This document shows positions 48,480-57,892 of a stretch of DNA of 64,000 nt, in pieces. The number at the start of each line of letters is the position of its first letter. The first letter of the stretch is position 1. The position numbers and the translations under genes were made by a program. The DNA lies in NCBI GenBank assembly GCA_963720545.1, contig OY970399.1:1952001-2016000 (forward strand), in the 5' to 3' direction. The notes beneath the pieces are model-generated. The model was not told the DNA's origin. It worked only from the letters and a program-made list of their open reading frames with translations, and searched no databases. The DNA comes from an uncultured Acidobacteriota bacterium. GTDB lineage: Bacteria > Acidobacteriota > Vicinamibacteria > Fen-336.

Positions 48480-51400
48480 TTGTTCTCCGACGTCTTCATC
48501 CGCCGGCCGATACTCGCCACGGTCTGCTCGCTGGTCATCATCCTCGCGGGCGTCATCTGCATCCCGCTGCTGCCCATCGCCCGCTACCCCGAGCTGGCGC
48601 CGCCGTCGGTGCAGGTGACGGCGATCTACATCGGCGCCAACGCCCAGGCGGTCGAAAGCTCGGTCACCACACCGCTCGAGCAGGTGATCAACGGCGTCGA
48701 GGGCATGACCTACATGCAGTCGTCGTCCACCAACAGCGGCCAGTGCACGATCAACGTCTACTTCGACGTCGGCCGCAACGCCGACCTCGCGGCGATCGAC
48801 GTGCAGAACCGCGTCAACCAGGCGCTCGGCCGCCTGCCCGCCGACGTGCGCACCACCGGCGTCACCGTCATCAAGAACACCGCCGGCTTCCTCGGCGGCC
48901 TCGGCTTCTATTCCAGGGACAACCGCTACAGCCCGCAGTTCATCTCCAACTACCTCGACCTGTTCGTGCGCGACGCCATCAAGCGCGTGCCCGGCGTCGG
49001 CAACGTCATCATCTTCGGCGAGCGCAAGTACGCGATGCGCCTGTGGCTCGACCCGGCGCGGCTGGCGGCGCGCAGTATCACCGCCGGCGACGTGGTGAAC
49101 GCGCTGCGCGAGCAGAACCTGCAGGTTGCGGCAGGTGCGCTGGGCGACGCGCCCGCGGACGCCAAGCAGATGTACAACCTCAGCGTACGCGCGCTCGGCC
49201 GCCTGTCCGAACCGGCGCAGTTCGAGAACGTGGTGCTGAAGGCCGGTGAGGGCGCATCGCTCGTCCGGGTGCGCGACGTCGGCCGCGTCGAGCTCGGCGC
49301 CGAGACCTACTCCGCCAACCTGCGCTTCATCGGCCTCAACGCCTCGGGTATGGGCGTGCAACTGCTGCCTTCGGCCAACGCGCTGCAGGTCTACGACGGC
49401 CTGATGAAGGAAATGACTCGCCTCGAGAAGAACTTCCCGCCAGGGCTCGAGTGGAAGCTCGCCTTCGACAACGTCGGCGTGGTGCGCGAATCGATTCGCG
49501 AGGTGCTGTTCACGCTGCTCGAGGCCATCGCCCTCGTCATCCTGGTGATGTTCGTGTTCCTGCAGAACTGGCGCAGCACCGTCATCCCGGCCATCACCAT
49601 CCCGGTGTCGCTCATCGGCACTTTCGCCTTCGTCAAGATCTTCGGCTTCTCCATAAACACGTTGACGCTGTTCGGCATCGTGCTCGCGACCGGCATCGTG
49701 GTGGACGACGCGATCGTGGTGATCGAGAACATCGAGCGCCACATGCGCGAGGAGAAGAAGAACTCGATGGACGCGGCGGTCGACGCCATGAGCGAGGTGT
49801 TCAGCGCCGTGGTGGTCATCGGCCTGGTGCTGGTGGCGGTGTTCGTGCCGGTCGCGTTCTTCCCCGGCACCACCGGCAGGCTCTACCAGCAGTTCTCGCT
49901 GACCATTGCGTTTGCGGTCATCTTGTCGGTGTTCAACGCCGTCACCTTCACGCCGGCGCTCTCCGCCGTGATGCTCGCCAAGCAGACGCACGCGCGCGGC
50001 CGCGTCTTCGACTGGATCAACAAGGGCATCGAGCGCGGCACCAACGGCTATGTCTGGCTGCTGGAGCATGCGCTGAAAGCGCGGCCGCTGATGATCGGCG
50101 TGTTCTTCGCCGGCCTCGCGCTCACCTGGTGGCTGTTCCAGGCACTGCCTTCGGCGTTCGTGCCAGACGAGGACGAGGGCTACTTCATCGCGGTCATCCA
50201 GGCGCCGCCGGGCGCCTCGCTCGAGTACTCGACCGACATCGCGAAGCGCGCCGAGGCCATCCTCTTCAAGGACCCCGACATCCTCGCCGCGTTCTCGGTG
50301 GTGGGCTTCAGCTTCAGCGGCGCGGCACCCAATAACGGCCTGATCTTCGTCCGGCTCGCCGACTACGACAAGCGCAAGGGGGACGCCCATTCGCTGCAGG
50401 CGGTGCTGAACCGCGTGCGCGGCCCCATGCTCTCCATCCCCGGCGCGCTCGTCATACCGTTCGCCCCGCCCGGCATCCAGGGGCTGTCGGTGTTCGGCGG
50501 CTTCCAGTACGAGCTGCTCGACCAGACGAGCGGCGAAATCGGCGGCCTGGCCGCGGCGGTCAACGGCATGACGGCTGCCGGCAACCAGAGCGGCAAGGTG
50601 GTGGGGCTGTTCTCGCCGTTCAGCGCCGCCGATCCGCAGCTGGTGGTCGACATCGACCGCGACAAGGCGCGCAGCCTGAAGCTGCCGCTCAGCGAAGTGA
50701 CCGACGCGCTGCAGGTGTTCCTCGGCTCGGCCTACATCAACGACTTCGATTTCAACAACCGCTCGTACCGCGTGTACGTGCAGGCCGACCAGCAGTATCG
50801 CGCCGACCCGAAAGACCTGCGGCAGCTGTATGGCCGCGCCGCCGACGGCCACATGGTGCCGATCGACAGCGTCGTGCGCACCCGCGAGACCACGGCGCCG
50901 CAGGTCATCAGCCACTTCAACCTGTTCCGCTCCGCCGAGATCAACGGCAACCCGGTGCCCGGCACCAGCTCCGGCCAGGCGCTGCGCGCGATGGAAGACC
51001 TGTCGCAAAAGACGCTGCCGCCGGGCTTCAGCTACGCCTGGGCCGGCCAGTCGCTCGAGGAAGTGAAGGCAGGGAGCCAGTCGTTCCTGATCTTCGCGGT
51101 CAGCCTGATCCTCGTCTACCTGGTGCTCGCGGCACAGTACGAGAGCTGGGTGCTGCCATTCATCATCCTGCTGGGCGTGCCGCTCGCGGTGCTCGGCGGC
51201 CTCGGCGCGCAGTTCCTGCGCGGCCTCAGCAACGACGTCTTCTGCCAGGTCGGGCTGGTGATGCTCATCGGCCTCGCCGCCAAGAACTCGATCCTGATCG
51301 TCGAGTTCGCCGAGCAGCTGCGCGAGCAGGGCCGCTCCATCGTCGATGCCGCGGTGCACGCCGCGCGCATTCGCCTGCGGCCCATCCTGATGACGTCGTT

Positions 51401-51635
51401 CGCGTTCATCCTTGGCGTGCTGCCGCTCGCGGTGGCTACCGGTGCCGGGGCGGGCGCGCGCCGTTCGGTCGGCACCTCGGTCGCCGGCGGCATGCTGATG
51501 TCCACGGTGCTCTCGATCTTCTTCATCCCGGTGCTCTATGTCGTCATCCGCTCCCTGGCGCCAGGCAAGATCCGCCATCACGGCAGGCACGACGAGCCGG
51601 CCGCGGCGCTGCCGGAAGGAGGCGCTCGTGCTTAG
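48480..51635 (+). CDS. RND efflux permease (HAE1/AcrB family)
   Basis: FIRRPI; YPELAPPSV; GIVVDDAIVVIEN; IGLAAKNSILIVEFA; RLRPILMTS. Confidence 0.97.
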   Translation: MFSDVFIRRPILATVCSLVIILAGVICIPLLPIARYPELAPPSVQVTAIYIGANAQAVESSVTTPLEQVINGVEGMTYMQSSSTNSGQCTINVYFDVGRNADLAAIDVQNRVNQALGRLPADVRTTGVTVIKNTAGFLGGLGFYSRDNRYSPQFISNYLDLFVRDAIKRVPGVGNVIIFGERKYAMRLWLDPARLAARSITAGDVVNALREQNLQVAAGALGDAPADAKQMYNLSVRALGRLSEPAQFENVVLKAGEGASLVRVRDVGRVELGAETYSANLRFIGLNASGMGVQLLPSANALQVYDGLMKEMTRLEKNFPPGLEWKLAFDNVGVVRESIREVLFTLLEAIALVILVMFVFLQNWRSTVIPAITIPVSLIGTFAFVKIFGFSINTLTLFGIVLATGIVVDDAIVVIENIERHMREEKKNSMDAAVDAMSEVFSAVVVIGLVLVAVFVPVAFFPGTTGRLYQQFSLTIAFAVILSVFNAVTFTPALSAVMLAKQTHARGRVFDWINKGIERGTNGYVWLLEHALKARPLMIGVFFAGLALTWWLFQALPSAFVPDEDEGYFIAVIQAPPGASLEYSTDIAKRAEAILFKDPDILAAFSVVGFSFSGAAPNNGLIFVRLADYDKRKGDAHSLQAVLNRVRGPMLSIPGALVIPFAPPGIQGLSVFGGFQYELLDQTSGEIGGLAAAVNGMTAAGNQSGKVVGLFSPFSAADPQLVVDIDRDKARSLKLPLSEVTDALQVFLGSAYINDFDFNNRSYRVYVQADQQYRADPKDLRQLYGRAADGHMVPIDSVVRTRETTAPQVISHFNLFRSAEINGNPVPGTSSGQALRAMEDLSQKTLPPGFSYAWAGQSLEEVKAGSQSFLIFAVSLILVYLVLAAQYESWVLPFIILLGVPLAVLGGLGAQFLRGLSNDVFCQVGLVMLIGLAAKNSILIVEFAEQLREQGRSIVDAAVHAARIRLRPILMTSFAFILGVLPLAVATGAGAGARRSVGTSVAGGMLMSTVLSIFFIPVLYVVIRSLAPGKIRHHGRHDEPAAALPEGGARA

Positions 51636-52977
51636 GCTGCGTCTTGCCTGCGCCGCCGCGTTCACCACGGCCGCTTTCTCCTGCACCGCACTGGCGCTGC
51701 CCGTGTTCGCCCAGGTGGCGGGTCCTGTCCCGGTCGAAACACCCGCCCCCGTTCCTCCTGATGCGACTTTGCAGCAGGTGACTTTCGACGAGGCGGTGGC
51801 GCGCGCCGTGGCCAAGAACCCGAGCGTCGGAGAAGCGACGGCCGCCATCCTGCGGGCGCAGGGCCTCCTCGACCAGGCGAAGTCGGTCTTGTATCCGCGC
51901 GTCTACGGCAACATCTCGCAGTCGATCCTCGACGACGTGCGCGGCTTCGCCGGAGTCGACGGCGGTTCGTTCCAGGTGACGCAGCCGCGCAGCCAGAAGA
52001 CTTTCAACGCCACCGCGTCCTACGCGTTCTTCTCGCCGGTGCGCTGGGCGCAGAAGAACCAGGCCGCCGACCAGGTAGCGATCGCGCGTATCTCCGTGGA
52101 AGAGACGCGGCGCCAGGTGGCCCTGAATGCGGCTTCGGCCTACCTCGCCGTGATCGCGGCAGAGCGCCAGCGGGAAGTCGCGGTGCGCAACCGCCAGACC
52201 GCGGTTGCGCTCGAGGACTACGCCAAGGCGCGGCTCGAGGTGGGCCAGGGCAGCCGACTCAACCACGTGCGCTCCACCCAGGAGCTCTCCGCCGCCGAAG
52301 GACTGCTGGAAGCCGCCGAGCTTTCGGTGCGCCAGGCACAGGAGGCGCTCGGCATCTCGCTCTTCATCGACGCGCCGGTGGAAGTGAACGGCGATGCCCA
52401 GTTGCAGGAAGCGCCGCCGCCGCAAAACGACGACTGGCTGGTGCAGCGGCCCGACGTGCGCCTGTTCTCGGCGCAGGTGGCGGCGGCCGATCGCGCGGTG
52501 CGCGATTCGTGGAAGTCGTGGCTGCCCGAAGGCGTCGCCTCGTTCACGCCGCAGTACGTGCGGCCGGCAGGCCTGTTCGAGCCGGCCAAGACCTGGCGGG
52601 CGCTGTTCGAGCTGCAGATCCCGATCTTCGACGGCAACCTCGGCGGCGCCAAGCGTGTGCGCATCGCCGACCGCGAGGCCGCGCAGTTCCGCCTCGACGG
52701 CCTCAAGGTGCAGGCGCGCTCCGAAGCGCGCTTCGCGCGGACATCGGTGGAGCGCATCGCGCGGGTGGTCGAGCTGAGCCGCAGTGCGTCGCAGGACGCC
52801 GACGAGGCGCTGCGCATCACCGAGATCGCCTACCGTGCCGGCGCCACCACCAACATCGAGGTGGTGCAGGCGCAACAGACCTCGCGCAACACGGCGATCA
52901 TCGCCGCGCAGGCCGAGGACCGCCTGCGCCAGGCGCGCCTCGACCTGCTGGTGGCCCTCGGCCACTTCCCGCAATAA
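51628..52977 (+). CDS. TolC family outer membrane efflux protein
   Basis: TFDEAVARAVAKNP; QRPDV; LQIPIFDG; YRAGATTNIEV; AAGGAGG RBS. Confidence 0.9.
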   Translation: MLRLRLACAAAFTTAAFSCTALALPVFAQVAGPVPVETPAPVPPDATLQQVTFDEAVARAVAKNPSVGEATAAILRAQGLLDQAKSVLYPRVYGNISQSILDDVRGFAGVDGGSFQVTQPRSQKTFNATASYAFFSPVRWAQKNQAADQVAIARISVEETRRQVALNAASAYLAVIAAERQREVAVRNRQTAVALEDYAKARLEVGQGSRLNHVRSTQELSAAEGLLEAAELSVRQAQEALGISLFIDAPVEVNGDAQLQEAPPPQNDDWLVQRPDVRLFSAQVAAADRAVRDSWKSWLPEGVASFTPQYVRPAGLFEPAKTWRALFELQIPIFDGNLGGAKRVRIADREAAQFRLDGLKVQARSEARFARTSVERIARVVELSRSASQDADEALRITEIAYRAGATTNIEVVQAQQTSRNTAIIAAQAEDRLRQARLDLLVALGHFPQ

Positions 52978-53223
52978 TCATCGACGGATTGGCTCCCCGT
53001 CCCCGTCCAATCCGTCGATTTCCTTCGTTCCGTTTCCCAGGCGCTTGCGTCAGCGTCCGTCATCGACGGATTGGCTCTCCGTCCCCGTCCAATCCGTCGA
53101 TTTCCTTCGTTCCGTTTCCCAGGCGCTTGCGTCAGCGTCCGTCATCGACGGATTGGCTCTCCGTCCCCGTCCAATCCGTCGATTTCTTTCGTTCCGTTTC
53201 CAGGCGCTTGCGTCAGCGTCCGT
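52978..53223. repeat. 3 x 82-bp tandem repeat, each unit containing a 13-bp-stem palindrome (REP/BIME-like)
   Basis: ATCGACGGATTGG-CTC(C/T)CCGTCCCCGT-CCAATCCGTCGAT at 52980, 53062 and 53144, each followed by a near-identical pyrimidine-rich linker. Confidence 0.95.
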
Positions 53224-54194
53224 TCCCGTCTCGCCCGAAGGACCCACCGTCCCCGATCTCCTGTTGCTGCGTCCGGACGCAGTTGCGATGCGACCGGCGA
53301 GTGGTCCTCGGCGTCAACTGTGGCGATCGGTAACGCAACTGCGTCCAGACGCAGTTGCCGGTGCGGCCTAGCGGGGCTTGGTGCAACCCCCAGTTCGCCG
53401 GCGCGGACGCTCGCGACTTCGACGGCGCGCGACAGCACTGAGCGGATGCGGCCGTCCTCGAGCGTGAGGATGCCGGCGATGGTGCAGCCTGCCGGGGTCG
53501 TGACTTCGTCCTTCAGGGCTGCGGGGTGGCGGCCGGTTTCGAGCACCATCGAGGCGGCGCCGAACACCATCTGCGCCGCCATCTCGAGCGCCACCTTGCG
53601 CGGCAGGCCACGGGCGACGCCGCCGTCGGCGAGCGCTTCGATCATCACGTAGACGAACGCCGGGCCCGATGCGGAGAGCCCGGTGACCGTGTCCATGTGC
53701 TTCTCCTCGAGCTCCGCCACGCGGCCGAGCGGCGCCAGCAGGTCGCGGGCGACCGCGATGTCGGCGTCCTTCGCGGCGCTGCCACGGGCCAGCACGATCA
53801 TGCCTTTGCCAATGGAACAGGGTGTGTTGGGCATGGCGCGGATCACGGCGGTGCCGCCGCCCAGTTCGGCTTCGAGCGCGGCGATTGCGACGCCGGCGGC
53901 GATGGAGACGACGAGCGCGCCCTTCTGCACCGCGCCTTGCTCGTTGAGCAGCCGGCAGACCGGCACGATGTTCATCGGCTTCAGCGCCAGCACGATGACG
54001 TCTGCGCCGCGGGCCGCCGCCGGGTTGTCGGTACCGACGGCGATGCCGAGGCGCGCGCCGAGCGCCTGCGCCGACTCGGCGGTGCGGGTGGTGGAGCGCA
54101 GCGAGGCGCGCGGGTGGCCGGCGGCGACGAGGCCGTTGATGATGGCCTCGCCCATCGTGCCCGTGCCGAGCACGGCAATGGTCTTTGGTTGCAT
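53142..54194 (-). CDS. proC: Pyrroline-5-carboxylate reductase
   Basis: IAVLGTGTMG; LALKP; VSIAAGV; IRAMPNTP; TGLSASGPAF; HPAALKDEVTTPAGCTI. Homology ends near 53390 and the ORF runs on into the repeats. Confidence 0.92.
   Translation of the reverse strand: MQPKTIAVLGTGTMGEAIINGLVAAGHPRASLRSTTRTAESAQALGARLGIAVGTDNPAAARGADVIVLALKPMNIVPVCRLLNEQGAVQKGALVVSIAAGVAIAALEAELGGGTAVIRAMPNTPCSIGKGMIVLARGSAAKDADIAVARDLLAPLGRVAELEEKHMDTVTGLSASGPAFVYVMIEALADGGVARGLPRKVALEMAAQMVFGAASMVLETGRHPAALKDEVTTPAGCTIAGILTLEDGRIRSVLSRAVEVASVRAGELGVAPSPARPHRQLRLDAVALPIATVDAEDHSPVASQLRPDAATGDRGRWVLRARRERTLTQAPGNGTKEIDGLDGDGEPIRR
53267..53358. repeat. Two CTGCGTC-C(G/A)-GACGCAG palindromes
   Basis: CTGCGTCCGGACGCAG at 53267-53282; GCAACTGCGTC-CA-GACGCAGTTGC at 53335-53358. 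Confidence 0.85.
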
Positions 54195-54256
54195 GGCGAG
54201 CGTGATTTTACTGCCGAGCACGCTCGGCCAGGCATTCAGCGGCGCGGTATCCCACT

Positions 54257-54274
54257 ACTGCGTCCGGACGCAGT
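54257..54274. repeat. Perfect palindrome ACTGCGTCCGGACGCAGT
   Basis: Read directly; same family as 53267 and 53335. Confidence 0.85.
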
Positions 54275-54330
54275 CCACCATGCCGAGGGTCGAACCGCAT
54301 CAGCCTTGATGCGGCTACCCGAAATGATGG

Positions 54331-54356
54331 TGGAACTCGTTCCGGAACGAGTTCCA
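54331..54356. repeat. 26-bp perfect palindrome TGGAACTCGTTCCGGAACGAGTTCCA
   Basis: Read directly; centred on TCCGGA. Confidence 0.85.
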
Positions 54357-54500
54357 ACGTGCGCCGGCGGGCCTTCGCAGCATGGCCAATGACCTGCGGC
54401 GCTCAGGGCTTCGGACCGTACTTCGCGGGCCTCCTCGCCTGCGCTCCGAACCCCTCGCCGTCCTTGTGCTCTGGCCCGCGTCGCGCCATGCTCAGCAGGG

Positions 54501-55559
54501 ATGGCGCCCACACTTGCGGCGACGCTTGGCGAGCACACCGCCGAGGCCGGCAGCGAACTCGTCCAGGAACTTCCGAATGGCCGGGTGCGCTGCGTCGCCT
54601 GCGGCCACCGCTGCCTCATCCCGCCAGGACAGCGCGGCATCTGCAAGGTGCGCCACAACGAAGGCGGGCGGCTGCGCATCCCGTGGGGTTACGTTGCCGG
54701 CGTGCAGGTGGACCCCGTGGAGAAGAAGCCGTTCTTCCACGCTCTGCCCGGCGCGCGCGCGTTGTCCTTCGGCATGCTCGGCTGCGACTTTCACTGCGGC
54801 TATTGCCAGAACTGGGTCACGTCGCAGGCGCTGCGCGACCCGGAAGCGGTGTCGTCCATCCGCATCACGGACCCGGCGGAAGTCGTCGCCCTCGCGCAGC
54901 GCCATGGCGCCCCGATCCTCACCTCCACCTACAACGAACCGCTCATCACCAGCGAGTGGGCGGTGGCGATCTTTCGCGAAGCGCTGGCGGCCGGCCTCGT
55001 CTGCTCCTACGTCTCGAACGGCAACGCCACGCCCGAGGTCCTCGACTTCATCGCGCCCTATGTCCGTCTCTACAAGGTGGACCTGAAGGGCTTCCGCGAC
55101 CATGCCTATCGCGAGCTGGGCGGCACACTGGAACGCGTGCTGTGGACGATTCGCGCGCTGTACGAGCGCCGCATCTGGGTGGAGGTGGTGACTCTTCTGG
55201 TGCCTGGCTTCAACGATTCGGACGAGGAATTGCGCGAGCTCACTGCGTTCGTCGCCTCGGTGTCGCCCGACATTCCGTGGCACGTCACCGCGTTCCACAG
55301 CGACTACAAGATGATGAGCCGTGACGACACCACCGTGGCGAGCCTGGTGCGTGCCGCGGAGATCGGCGCCGCAGCGGGCCTGCGCTACGTCTACGCCGGC
55401 AACGTTCCCGGAGCGGTGGGCCGGTGGGAGAACACGTGGTGTCCTTCATGCGCTGCGCTGCTCGTCGAACGCCAGGGTTTTCGCGTTCTCGGCAACCGGC
55501 TGAGCGGCGGCCGTTGTCCCGAGTGCGCCACGGAGATACCGGGCGTCTGGACAGTGTGA
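54501..55559 (+). CDS. amrS: AmmeMemoRadiSam system radical SAM enzyme
   Basis: CVACGHRC...GICKVR; DPVEKKPFFH; GCDFHCGYCQNW; TYNEP; PWHVTAFH; C-terminal CPSC/CPEC. Confidence 0.92.
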   Translation: MAPTLAATLGEHTAEAGSELVQELPNGRVRCVACGHRCLIPPGQRGICKVRHNEGGRLRIPWGYVAGVQVDPVEKKPFFHALPGARALSFGMLGCDFHCGYCQNWVTSQALRDPEAVSSIRITDPAEVVALAQRHGAPILTSTYNEPLITSEWAVAIFREALAAGLVCSYVSNGNATPEVLDFIAPYVRLYKVDLKGFRDHAYRELGGTLERVLWTIRALYERRIWVEVVTLLVPGFNDSDEELRELTAFVASVSPDIPWHVTAFHSDYKMMSRDDTTVASLVRAAEIGAAAGLRYVYAGNVPGAVGRWENTWCPSCAALLVERQGFRVLGNRLSGGRCPECATEIPGVWTV

Positions 55560-55561
55560 GC

Positions 55562-56308
55562 TCAGTCTGCCGGCAGCGAGCCGACGAGGGCGATGCAGTC
55601 GTAGGCCAGCGTGACGACGCCGTTCGTCGCGTAGCGCGCGAACAGCTCCGCGGCCAGCTGCTGCCGCTCCGGCCCGTCCCTGGGGATGTAGGAAACAGAG
55701 CCGAGATAGTCGGCGAACAGCGCCTCGTCGTACGACTTCTCGTGGCGAAACACCAGACGCCGTGCGCCGGGCAGGAACGCTGCTGCGCGGCGGATGCGCC
55801 CTTCGGCATCGTGGGGCACGGCGTCGCGTTCGGCCTTGAAATAGCGGTTCAGCAGCTCCTCGATCGCGGGCATGGCACCGCCCGTTTCACTGCGGTTGTT
55901 CCAAAGCAGGCACACGCGCCCTTCGCTGCGCAGGATGCGCCGCCACTCCGCGCGCGTTGCCAACGGTTCGAACCAGTGAAACGCCTGCGCCGAAGCGAGG
56001 AAGTCGACGCTTTGGTCAGGCAGGCCCGTGGCCTCGGCGCGTCCGACGAGCGCGCGCAGGCGAGGGTCGCCGGCATGCTTGGTCCGCAACACCGCGAGCA
56101 TGTCGCCGCTCGGGTCGACGGCAGAGACGCTGCCCACTTCACGTGCGAGGAGCAAGTCGGTGAAGCGGCCGGTGCCGGCGCCGATGTCGGCGCAATCCGT
56201 CTTGCCGCCAAGCCAGCCCGCAGCGGCGAGCGCATCGAGCAGCTCCGGTGGGTAAGACGGCCGCGCCCGTTCGTAGTCGTCCTGGCGCCCGTCGAACCGC
56301 TCGACCAT
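55562..56308 (-). CDS. Class I SAM-dependent methyltransferase
   Basis: YERARPSYP; ADIGAGTG; AEATGLPDQSVD; AQAFHWF. Confidence 0.88.
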   Translation of the reverse strand: MVERFDGRQDDYERARPSYPPELLDALAAAGWLGGKTDCADIGAGTGRFTDLLLAREVGSVSAVDPSGDMLAVLRTKHAGDPRLRALVGRAEATGLPDQSVDFLASAQAFHWFEPLATRAEWRRILRSEGRVCLLWNNRSETGGAMPAIEELLNRYFKAERDAVPHDAEGRIRRAAAFLPGARRLVFRHEKSYDEALFADYLGSVSYIPRDGPERQQLAAELFARYATNGVVTLAYDCIALVGSLPAD

Positions 56309-56353
56309 CTCTTCCTCGACCGTACACGATCCCCCGGAGTCGAACCACCAGTC

Positions 56354-56371
56354 ACTGTGTCCGGACACAGT
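56354..56371. repeat. Perfect palindrome ACTGTGTCCGGACACAGT
   Basis: Variant of the 54257 element with a compensatory C>T / G>A pair. Confidence 0.8.
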
Positions 56372-56522
56372 AGCTTGAGAGGTTGCTTGCGCCGCATCGG
56401 GCGCGCTATGTCTTCAGGAGTGAATACTCATGCGATGAAGTACGACGTACTCAGCGACTGAGTATTGGTCGCAAACCGATGTCGCCCCTGGGCCAGAGGC
56501 GCAGCGTGGTAAAACACGCCCC

Positions 56523-57845
56523 ATGCGCCACTCGATCGTCGCGTCCGCCGCCTCCTGCCTGCTCGCGTGCGCCGCCGCAGCCCACGCCCAGCGCGTCAGC
56601 TATCCGCCCGAGGAATTCGCCGCGCGCCGCACGGCGCTCTGCAAGGCGGTTGGCAAGGGCCAGTTGCTGATGTTCTCCGCCACCACTCACTCGCCGGGCA
56701 TCCGCTTCCGGCAGGACAACGACTTCTTCTATCTCACCGGCAACGAGGACGTGAACGCCGTGCTCGTCATGGACCTCGCCAAGTGCGAGTCGTTCTTCTT
56801 CCTGCCAGGGCAGAACGAGGCCGAGATCCGCATGGACGGACCCAACTGGCTCACCGCGAACGTCGCCAAGGAGCGCGGCTTCACCGGCATTCATCCCCTG
56901 GTCTACCTGGAGGAGTTCCTCGCGCGCCGGCGCGTACCCACGGCGACGCTCATGTACCTGCGACTGTCGGAGCGCGACGAAGTGGACGCCAGCCGCGGCG
57001 ATGCCGCTCTCCACATGGCGCGACGCCAGAACACCGGCATCGGCGGCGCGCCCTCCGAGGACGCGTGGCGCATCGCCCGCTTCCGCGAGCTCTATCCCTA
57101 TTACGAGCTCAAGGACATCGCGCCGTTCATCGACAACATGCGCATGATCAAGAGCGAGCGCGAGATCGAGGCGCTGCGCCGCGCCGGCCGGATCGGCGCC
57201 GAGGGCATCAAGCGCGCAATTGCCGCGACCGCCGCCGGCAAGTACGAGTACGAGCTGGAGGCCGAGGCGACCTACGCGTTCATCAAGGGCGGCGCGGAAT
57301 CGGCTGCCTACACCGCGATCGTCGGCTCCGGACCCAACGTCAACATCTGGCACTACGACCGCAACGACCGGAAGATGGCTAACGGCGACCTCATCGTCAT
57401 GGACTACAGCCCGACGGTCGGCTACGAGACCATGGATATCACCCGCACCTGGCCGGTGTCGGGCACCTTCAGCGAGGAGCAGCTGAAGGCGTACAAAGCG
57501 GTGCTCGAGGCGCAGAAGGCGATCATCGCCGCGATGAAGCCGGGCGCGACTCGCGCCGACACCGCGAAGATCGCGAAGGCCATCTTCGACAAGTGGGGCT
57601 TCTCCGACCCGAAAGCTGCCTCTGCCGGCCACTTCGTCGGCCTGGCCGTGCACGACGTCGGCGACTACACGGTGCCGTTCGCCGCCGGCATGGTGATCGC
57701 GGTGGAGCCGATCATCGATATCAAGGAGAAGCAGCTGCACATCCGCGTCGAGGACACGGTGCTGGTGACGAACGGCGAACCCGAAGTGTTGTCTTCCGGC
57801 GTCCCAAAGGAACTGGACGAGGTCCTCGCCCTCATCAGGAAATAG
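56523..57845 (+). CDS. Xaa-Pro aminopeptidase (M24B), exported
   Basis: Signal peptide; FRQDNDFFYLTG; RMIKSEREI; WHY; DITRTWPVSG; GHFVGLAVHDVG; VEP; RVEDTV. Confidence 0.92.
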   Translation: MRHSIVASAASCLLACAAAAHAQRVSYPPEEFAARRTALCKAVGKGQLLMFSATTHSPGIRFRQDNDFFYLTGNEDVNAVLVMDLAKCESFFFLPGQNEAEIRMDGPNWLTANVAKERGFTGIHPLVYLEEFLARRRVPTATLMYLRLSERDEVDASRGDAALHMARRQNTGIGGAPSEDAWRIARFRELYPYYELKDIAPFIDNMRMIKSEREIEALRRAGRIGAEGIKRAIAATAAGKYEYELEAEATYAFIKGGAESAAYTAIVGSGPNVNIWHYDRNDRKMANGDLIVMDYSPTVGYETMDITRTWPVSGTFSEEQLKAYKAVLEAQKAIIAAMKPGATRADTAKIAKAIFDKWGFSDPKAASAGHFVGLAVHDVGDYTVPFAAGMVIAVEPIIDIKEKQLHIRVEDTVLVTNGEPEVLSSGVPKELDEVLALIRK

Positions 57846-57892
57846 TCATCGACGGATTGGATCGGGACGGACAGCCAATCCGTCGATGACTA
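57843..57892. repeat. Solo REP-like palindrome, same family as the 82-bp repeat, inverted orientation
   Basis: TAGTCATCGACGGATTGG-14 nt-CCAATCCGTCGATGACTA; loop reverse complement CTGTCCGTCCCGAT resembles CTCTCCGTCCCCGT. Confidence 0.9.

Noticed and set aside
48216..51848. 1210-aa minus-strand ORF
   Set aside because: Antisense shadow of the RND permease
52978..53223. Possible CRISPR array (palindromic repeat with ~42-nt spacers)
   Set aside because: The spacers are near-identical to each other, there are only three units and no cas genes; it is a tandem repeat
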